A stretch of DNA of 37,054 nucleotides, taken from positions 1-37,054 of IMG/VR virus record IMGVR_UViG_3300033555_000014, one strand, 5' to 3'. This DNA is from a virus. Positions 1 through 7,000 of the stretch are shown in pieces. The first letter of the stretch is position 1. Each line of letters opens with the position of its first letter. The notes under the pieces are model-generated. The model saw only the letters and a program-made list of their open reading frames with translations. It was not told where the DNA came from and ran no database searches. Position numbers and translations under genes: made by a program.

Positions 1-127
1 GGTGGAAACAACTTCTCGCAAGTCAACAACATTACCATCCAGTCTTCTGGCGACGGAGACAGCGACAAGCAACAAGCTGACATGGTTGCAGCTGCAATCG
101 ACAAGAAGTTCGCAGAAAACATGGCGC
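1..127. repeat. Terminal direct repeat copy 1, identical to 36928..37054 (circular-assembly overlap, not a physical end)
   Basis: Read directly: ggtggaaacaacttctcgcaag...gaaaacatggcgc occurs at 1-127 and again at 36928-37054. The repeat lies in-frame inside one ORF. Confidence 0.95.
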
Positions 128-177
128 GTGCAAACCGCCCAGGTGGCATGAATAATCGTGCTTCACTTCAACTTTAA
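1..177 (+). CDS. H: Tape measure protein, C-terminal end (continuation of 34789..37054 across the circular junction)
   Basis: Frame 1 is open from base 1 to TAA at 175-177 (GGNNFSQVNNITIQSSGDGDSDKQQADMVAAAIDKKFAENMARANRPGGMNNRASLQL*). 36928-34789 is divisible by 3, so the two pieces are in frame. Confidence 0.85.
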   Translation, partial: GGNNFSQVNNITIQSSGDGDSDKQQADMVAAAIDKKFAENMARANRPGGMNNRASLQL

Positions 178-185
178 GGAATAAC

Positions 186-2015
186 ATGGCGACACCATTT
201 CCTGCAGTCCAGGTAAGCCAAGCTTCATCACGCACAACAACCAACGACATTAACGTTGTGCGTTTTGGAGGCGGCTATGAACAGAGGGTGCCTATGGGCA
301 TCAACTACAAGCGTGACAAGTGGTCCGTTGTTTGGGACAAAATTACCTTGTCACAGAAAATCACAATCGAGAACTTCATCCAATCCGTCTCAAACGGGTC
401 TGTCATCACATGGCAATCACCTCTTGACACCGGTGAGAAGAGCTGGGTAATGGAAGGTGACTGGAACATCGCTGACACCGGCGGTAACCTCTACACAATT
501 CAACTGACCCTTCGCCAGGTCTTCGACTTGGGTGAATATTACGCGCCACCTCCAATTGACCCGGGCGAGCCTGGTGGCGGAACCACGTACGTACCAATGG
601 CTCTCCCATCTCCTGTGTTGGCATCATACTTTACGGGTTGGAAGCCGGCAATTGGTGGCCAACGTATTACTGCCATTCCTGCAGCATACAATCAAATTTA
701 CATCTTCCACGCTGTGCCAAACGGCTCATCTGGTGCATTTAAGTTTGAATACTATTCCGCGGTTACGGCTGATGAAATTGATGTAGCACACTCCAAAGGC
801 CAGCGCGTTGTTCTTTCTGTTGGTGGAGCTAATGCACGCTTCTACTTTGAGACACGCACACAGTCTCAAGCATTCTTGAACTCTTTCATTACCATCCGTA
901 ATGCATTGGGCGGCAAGATTGACGGCATCGACTTCAACACATTTGAACAGATGTCTTCACCTGCAACTGACGGTGGAGTCTACCCACCTCTTGCTGACGG
1001 TTCAGACAACCCTGCATGGGCAGCATGCATCACTGAAATGATTTGGATTGCTCAATCGCTGAAGAACCTTTACGGCCCAACATTTTCTGTATGTGCACCT
1101 CCGCACCCAGGTCGTTACTACGCCCCATTCGACTGGAAGCTGATGAAAGCAATGGTTGATGCAAATGTACTCGACTACGCAATCCCTCAGTATTACGATT
1201 CACCAGACTTCCTTACAGCTGCGGCAATTGAAGAGTACGTAAACATTTGGATTGCTCACCTTGGTGCATCGAAGGTTGGTATTGGTTTCGGTTCTAACTA
1301 CATAGCTGAACCTGGCCCAACATACACGGTTTCAACAGCTGTGGCACGACAAGTGTGGACAAATATTCGTCAATACAACCCGACATTGAAAGCTGCATTT
1401 GGTTTCTCTGCTCAACACGACTACGAAGCAACAACGCCTTGGTCATTTGGTACTGGTATGCGTGCAGAAATGGACTTGCCATATGTACCACCGCCAACAA
1501 TCTTCTCAACTGCATGGTTCTCGCCAACAGTAGGAGCAGGTGGCGGCTGGACTACACCTGGTGCAATTACTGCTTCTGATGACAGCCGAGCTACTCGTAC
1601 CTTGGCAACCGCAGGTGAAGGTGGTGCGCTGTTTGCATACAACTTCAGTGGAATTTCTGTGCCTGCAGGTGCAACCATCAAGGGTATTGAGGTTCGTATT
1701 GAGGGTTCGCAAACCGGAACACCGGACTACACGTACTGCTTCTTGACAACAGGCGAAACATACGGCCCAGGTCCGCGGTCAGTTGCTGCTAAAGGTATGC
1801 CACTGGTTGCTGCTGAAGGTGTCATCACTCTAGGTTCTACAAGTGATGTTTGGGGTGGTGTAAGTACAGCTGCTCCTTCGTCCTCAATGGAACGTGCATG
1901 GTCACCAGCTGACTTCAACTCTGCATTCTCAGTGTTGATGGCGTTTGCATCCAATGGAACGTCGCTCACAAACAGTATTGACCATGTGCAGGTTCGTATT
2001 TCCTACACGACGTAA
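186..2015 (+). CDS. M: Minor tail protein M (distal tail protein) homologue fused to a GH18 class-III-chitinase-like domain and a C-terminal beta-rich domain (609 aa)
   Basis: SD aaggaataacATG. The N-terminal ~110 aa (VRFGGGYEQRVPMGINYKRDKWSVVW...TIQLTLRQVF) aligns with lambda gpM (VRFGDGYSQRAPAGLN...). The middle part has hevamine-like motifs: RVVLSVGGANA, IDGIDFNTFEQ, FSVCAPPHPGRYY, LDYAIPQYYDS. Confidence 0.8.
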   Translation: MATPFPAVQVSQASSRTTTNDINVVRFGGGYEQRVPMGINYKRDKWSVVWDKITLSQKITIENFIQSVSNGSVITWQSPLDTGEKSWVMEGDWNIADTGGNLYTIQLTLRQVFDLGEYYAPPPIDPGEPGGGTTYVPMALPSPVLASYFTGWKPAIGGQRITAIPAAYNQIYIFHAVPNGSSGAFKFEYYSAVTADEIDVAHSKGQRVVLSVGGANARFYFETRTQSQAFLNSFITIRNALGGKIDGIDFNTFEQMSSPATDGGVYPPLADGSDNPAWAACITEMIWIAQSLKNLYGPTFSVCAPPHPGRYYAPFDWKLMKAMVDANVLDYAIPQYYDSPDFLTAAAIEEYVNIWIAHLGASKVGIGFGSNYIAEPGPTYTVSTAVARQVWTNIRQYNPTLKAAFGFSAQHDYEATTPWSFGTGMRAEMDLPYVPPPTIFSTAWFSPTVGAGGGWTTPGAITASDDSRATRTLATAGEGGALFAYNFSGISVPAGATIKGIEVRIEGSQTGTPDYTYCFLTTGETYGPGPRSVAAKGMPLVAAEGVITLGSTSDVWGGVSTAAPSSSMERAWSPADFNSAFSVLMAFASNGTSLTNSIDHVQVRISYTT

Positions 2016-2028
2016 ATAGAAACACACA

Positions 2029-2055
2029 CGGGAGAGGGCAATGTACTCTCTCCCG
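2029..2055 (+). other. Intercistronic stem-loop between the M-fusion gene and L
   Basis: cgggagag (2029-2036) pairs with ctctcccg (2048-2055) around an 11-nt loop. It is followed by atttaaaggag, which carries the SD of the next gene; there is no strong T-run. Confidence 0.4.
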
Positions 2056-2072
2056 ATTTAAAGGAGTGCAGC

Positions 2073-2609
2073 ATGACAATTACCCAAGAACTCAAGAAGG
2101 CCACCGTTACCAGCCCCTACGTAGAAATGCTGTGGATTGATGGAACGACAGTAAATGCCGGTCTGAATTTCTACTTGACAAATTCCTCGGACTATGCTTT
2201 CAGTTTCAACGGCAAACAATATGTTCCGTTCCCTTACAAACTTGAGGGCATGGAAAGCACCACTGGTCAACCACCACGTCCTAAGCTCATCATTGCCAAT
2301 GTCAACAAGCTTATTCAACCGTACCTGCAACAATACCAGGATTTGAAGCGTGTTAAGGTTTCCCGCATTCGTACATTGGCCAAGCATCTCGATGGTGGTA
2401 CAGCAGCAGACCCAACAATGACGCTGCCAATTGACGAGTACTACATCAATGCAATGACCCTCATGGACCGTACATCAGTACAATTCGAACTCGCCAACAT
2501 ACTTGACATGCCTAATGTTATGCTTCCAGCTGCTCAGGCGTTGAAAGACAACCTTGGTACCAAAGACCTGTACGCACCTGGTTTGTCGTCTGTACGTTTC
2601 CGCGGCTAA
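2073..2609 (+). CDS. L: Minor tail protein L homologue (178 aa; lacks the C-terminal Cys cluster of lambda gpL)
   Basis: SD aaaggagtgcagcATG. VEMLWIDGTTVNAGLNFYLTN...FNGKQYVPFPYKLEGMESTTGQPPRPKLIIANV parallels lambda gpL VVLWEIDLTEVGGERYFFCN...WQGRQYQPYPIQGSGFELNGKGTSTRPTLTVSNL. Confidence 0.85.
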   Translation: MTITQELKKATVTSPYVEMLWIDGTTVNAGLNFYLTNSSDYAFSFNGKQYVPFPYKLEGMESTTGQPPRPKLIIANVNKLIQPYLQQYQDLKRVKVSRIRTLAKHLDGGTAADPTMTLPIDEYYINAMTLMDRTSVQFELANILDMPNVMLPAAQALKDNLGTKDLYAPGLSSVRFRG

Positions 2610-2610
2610 T

Positions 2611-3357
2611 ATGTTAGCTGAAAACTACATCCAAAATTGGGATGAGGTTGTCAAACATGTACTCGAATGCTACCCAAATGAAGCGGGTGGTATTGTAACA
2701 ACTGACAACATCTTCCACCCAATTGCAAACGTTTCTGAGACACCGCTTACTGGCTTCGAGTTTCATCCACGTGAGATGATTGAGAAAGATGTCAAGTGCA
2801 TTCTTCACTCGCACCCATACGACCCAAATGCCGCACCTGAAGATGACCCTCGGATTCCGTCCAAGTGTGACCTTGAAGGACAAATCAACACTGACATTGA
2901 GTGGGCGATTGTGGTAACAGAGGGAGAGAATGTAACCCCTCCTATTTTCTGGGGTGACTATGACCATCGACCAGACTTGTTCAACCGGGAATTTATTCAC
3001 TCTGTACAAGACTGCCTTGCTTTCATGTGTGACTGGCAGTACAAGGAATATGGTTTGAAGTTGCCAATGTTCCCAAGACACTTCGACTGGTTCCAAGAAG
3101 GTGAAGACCACATGGAACAACAGTATGAAGGTTGGGGTTTCAAAGATGTGTCTCATTTGCCACAAGAAAAAGGAGACGTAGTCTTCTACCGCATTCAAAG
3201 TCAAGTGGTAAATCACGTGGCAGTGGTAGCTGAACCCAATGTGGTTGTGCACCAACTGTACGGGCGGTTCCCTAAAACTGAACCTTATGAAGTATGGGCT
3301 AAATACATCGTAAAAAGAATTCGACATTCCTCTCATCCTAGTTTCAAAACTGCCTAA
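2611..3357 (+). CDS. K: Tail tip protein K homologue (JAB/MPN + NlpC/P60 domains, 248 aa)
   Basis: ATG at 2611 lies 1 nt after the L stop; the track ORF 2554.. starts earlier inside L. It has a JAMM-like HSHPYD...D motif, an NlpC/P60-like Cys (VQDCLAFMCDW) and a His (VVNHVAVV), in the same order as lambda gpK. Confidence 0.85.
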   Translation: MLAENYIQNWDEVVKHVLECYPNEAGGIVTTDNIFHPIANVSETPLTGFEFHPREMIEKDVKCILHSHPYDPNAAPEDDPRIPSKCDLEGQINTDIEWAIVVTEGENVTPPIFWGDYDHRPDLFNREFIHSVQDCLAFMCDWQYKEYGLKLPMFPRHFDWFQEGEDHMEQQYEGWGFKDVSHLPQEKGDVVFYRIQSQVVNHVAVVAEPNVVVHQLYGRFPKTEPYEVWAKYIVKRIRHSSHPSFKTA

Positions 3358-3417
3358 ATAGCACTGTTAAGAGGATTTGGCAATGACCGGTCCCGACGAA
3401 ATAAAAGGAGTAGCATT

Positions 3418-4068
3418 ATGCTAAGAACAATCCACCTAGTGGGCAAGTTGTCCCGCTTCAGCAAGAAACCAGTGCAAATTGATGCCGACACGACCCAAAT
3501 GGTCATGCAAGGTCTCATTGCCATGTTCGGCCCATCTTTTAAGCAGATGGTTCGCGAAGGCGAATGGCACGTCACCCGCAACAAGAAACCAAAAGAGTGC
3601 AAAACTCTCGATGACAGCATCGGTGAAGAAGAACTCGCATTCGGCCTCGGCAACACAATTGAAATCTGGTTTGCACCGGCGGTCAAAGCTCTGTCGGCTG
3701 TAGTTCGTATTGTGGTTGGTGTGGTGCTCATTGTTGCAGGTATTTTCTTCAAGATGCCATTCCTCGTCAAGATGGGTGCCATGCTGGTACTTGGTGGTGT
3801 CAGCGAACTGTTGGCTCCTAAACCATCTGTCGGGCAGCAATCTCAGTCTGGGCAAAACCCGTCCTTCCTCTTCAACGGCACAGTAAATGTTACTGAACAA
3901 GGTGGTCCTGTACCAATTGTTTATGGACGTGTACGCCGCGCATCCTCGCTGGTTCTCTCAGCAGGCATCTCAACAGAAAATATGACAGTTACAGACACTG
4001 CACGTGGTAACACAACTACACGCGGCGGTACATACAAGAACGGTCAAGACTTCGTCCTGGAAGTATAA
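3418..4068 (+). CDS. I: Tail assembly protein I homologue (216 aa)
   Basis: SD aaaaggagtagcattATG. It has an N-terminal ubiquitin-like segment and a hydrophobic Gly/Ala/Val stretch. LVLGGVSELLAPKP...NPSFLFNGTVNVTEQGGPVPIVYGRVR matches lambda gpI MVLGGVAQMLAPK...SSLDNMVAQGNVLPVLYGEMR. Confidence 0.85.
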   Translation: MLRTIHLVGKLSRFSKKPVQIDADTTQMVMQGLIAMFGPSFKQMVREGEWHVTRNKKPKECKTLDDSIGEEELAFGLGNTIEIWFAPAVKALSAVVRIVVGVVLIVAGIFFKMPFLVKMGAMLVLGGVSELLAPKPSVGQQSQSGQNPSFLFNGTVNVTEQGGPVPIVYGRVRRASSLVLSAGISTENMTVTDTARGNTTTRGGTYKNGQDFVLEV

Positions 4069-7000
4069 TGGAAATCAAAAACGAAAACATTGTAGCAGCT
4101 GGTGGTTGCTTCCCAGCTGGAACGAAAATCAACACACCAATCGGCTACCGTCTCATTGAAGACTTGAAAGCCGGTGATGAGGTGTTTGCATTTACACTGG
4201 CACCACTCGAAGCTGGTATGCCTGACGAACAGCCAGGTCGTACATTCACAAAGACGATTACTGAAACTTTCAAGCACACATTTGGCGAGGTTGGCTACAC
4301 ATCACCTCTGCTGGAAATTACCTACCACGGTATTGCAGAACACGGTGCAATCCATGACGGGTTGTTGCTGGTTACCGGTAACCACTACATTCTGACACCT
4401 TCTCGCCAGTCAGCTGAAACTGACCCTGGCTTTGCACGTGCTGATGAGTTGCAAGTTGGTGACAAGCTGTGGACAGAATATGGCGATGCAGTTGAAATCG
4501 TTGCAATTACCCCAGCAGGTGAGTACGACTTCGTCTACAACTTTGAAGTTGCTGACTTCTCTACCTACATTGCTAGTGGCATCCGTGTCCACAACGGTGG
4601 TAGTGGTAAGAAACAACGTACACCAGTGCAGGCTCCTAACTCGGTTCGTACCAAGCAAGTTATTCGTGCTCTCTTCTGCCCAGGCGAAGGTGAGAGTGGT
4701 GGTCTGTTTAACTCAACTGACATTGCACAATCGGTTTACTTCGATGGTACACCACTGAAGAACTCTGATGGAACATACAACTTCAACAACATTTCAGTTG
4801 AACAACGTGTAGGTCTGCCTGACCAATCCATCATCAATGGCTTCTCAGCTGTTGAAGGCGAAGTTTTACTCGGTCTGCCAATTACTGCAGCTACACCAGC
4901 AACTCGTACTGTTTCTTCTGGTGCAATCGACGCAGTTCGCATCACCATTGAATTCCCACAAGGTTTGCAGAAGATTGACAAGAAAACAGGCGACGCTAAC
5001 GGCGCAACTGTAAACTTCGTCATCCAACGCCGTGTTGTAAACGGCACTTGGGAAACTGTCATCAGCCCAATCGTAACGGAAATGAGTTCTGGCCCGTTCA
5101 CCGCAGCATTCCACATTGCTCGCCCTGCTTCTACTGGTCCATGGGAATTCCGTGTTCAGCGTACTACACCTGACACCACCGCAAACGAAATCATCGACGA
5201 CACAGTTCTTGACAGCTACACTGAAATTCAAGACGTTAAACTGCCGTACAACAACCGTAGTCTTGTTGCAATTACTGTAGGCGCAGACAGCACCAACGGC
5301 AAAATCCCGTCAGTTGCATTTGACTGGGTTGGTGTCAAGGTAAAAGTTCCATCAAACTACAATGCGACAACTCGTGTGTACACTGGTGCATGGAACGGAA
5401 CCTGGTCGACAACTCTAGTTTCGTCAGACAACCCTGCATGGGTCATCTACGACTTGCTGACACACACTCGTTACGGCCAGGGCGAGCGCTTCAAAGAAAG
5501 CCAGCTGGACAAGTGGTCGTTCTACGAAGCTGCAAAGTACTGTGACGAACTCGTAAACGACGGTAAAGGTACTGGTACATTTGAACCACGCTTCACATTC
5601 AACGCACAGTTGATGGTTCGTGAGAATGCATGGAAGACTCTGAACACCATCGCTGCGACGATGAACGCGAAGCTGTACATGCACGCTGGTTTCGTCCGCG
5701 TGGCTCAAGACCGCCCTGCCACTCCGACACGCATCATTGCAAATTCGAATGCTCTAGAAGGTTTGTTCTCGTACTCGTCATCGTCTGTTGATGAAACCTA
5801 CACGATGTGCAATGTCACATACAACGACCCACTTGACAACTTCCTGCCGAAGACTGTCAGCGAAGTAGCTGCGACTGCTGACTTGACGCGCTATGGACTC
5901 AGCTCCGTCGACCTGGCTGCATACGGTGCAACCACCGAAGGCCAAGCTCGCCGCGCTGCAAAATGGGTAATCGACACCTCGCTTCGTCAAACCAGCATGG
6001 TAAACTTTGGTGTTTCGCTGGAGAATGCTGCATTTGAGCCGAACGAAATCTTCTACCTGATGGACTCAGACTACTCGCAGACAACTCAGGAAGGTCGTCT
6101 GGCAAACATTGCCGGTACCTCGCTGACACTTGACAAGTCCATCAACAAGACTGGTACAGGTACTTGGACGATTACCGTCTACGCAGCTGATGGTAACACG
6201 ATGGAAACCCGCACGATTACATCTGCAAACGGTGTTTCTGCCAACATTACTGTCAACGCAGCAATTACATCTGTAAAGGGCGCAGTCTACATCATTACTG
6301 GTTCTGTGTCTCCGCGTCAGTTCCGTATGGTAGGCATGACAGACAACGGCGACCTAACATACACGGTCACTGCGCTTCAACACGACCCTAACAAGTATGC
6401 TCGCATTGAACAAGGCATCATTCTTCCGGATGATGTGTACTGGCAGCCACCTAGTCTCAACAGCGTTAATGTACCAACAGGTTTGGTCATTGAACCACAA
6501 AGCGCAATCAACGAAGACGGGCAAGTTTTCCGCTTCCTGAACCTTTCGTGGAACCCACCAGCAGATGGCACGGCTCAACGTTACACTGTTCAGTGGCGTC
6601 GTAACCTACAACCGTTTACTATTGAGACGGTCAAGGACCCATTTGCTCGTATTACCAGCGATTTCTCGGGCAGCTACCAGTTCTACATCAATGCAGTCAA
6701 CTCAGCAAACGTAGCTTCGCCTACATTGTCGGGAACATATGTGTTCGAGTTTACTGGTGTTGGCTCACCAGTTTCTGTGCTTGGCCCAGTGTCTGCGCTG
6801 CAAATTGCTGGCGGTGGTACAATCTGGGACGGCGGTATTATGCGCGTCCAGTGGTTGGCACCAACAGAGATTGCCGGTGCAACACTCAAGGATTACAAGG
6901 TAGAACTTCAGACTCCAGGTGGAGCCGTGTTCAAAACGTTCTACACGAATGATGTCGGCTTCGCATACACTTACGAACAGAACTTGGCTGATGGTGGTCC

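Noticed and set aside
1-127. A biological direct terminal repeat or physical genome ends
   Set aside because: The repeat lies in frame inside the tape measure ORF and is exactly 127 bp. This is characteristic of an assembler k-mer overlap on a circular contig.
921-950. Calling the M-fusion domain an active chitinase
   Set aside because: The DxxDxDxE motif reads DGIDFNTFE (Asp to Asn plus an insertion), so activity cannot be assumed. I describe it as GH18-like only.
2554-2610. Upstream extensions of track ORFs (2554, 10593, 18426, 18920, 19285, 20268, 23132, 23888, 24241, 31558)
   Set aside because: Downstream ATGs with a proper SD or stop-start overlaps fit better. Several of the track starts are TTG codons or lie inside the preceding gene or a terminator.
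2614-3336. A 240-aa antisense ORF opposite gene K, and similar long antisense ORFs at 28832..29428, 29875..30426, 30511..31266, 33530..34015, 35626..36162, 36144..36515 and 36552..37049
   Set aside because: Each lies wholly inside a + strand gene with clear family motifs (K, portal, scaffold, capsid, tail, tape measure). They lack SD sequences and have odd composition, so they are shadow ORFs.
4107-4595. A canonical self-splicing intein in J
   Set aside because: Blocks A, B, F and G are present, but the residue following the terminal His-Asn is Gly (VHN|GGSG). The +1 nucleophile needed for splicing is therefore absent. I report it as a Hint/BIL-like cleavage domain instead.
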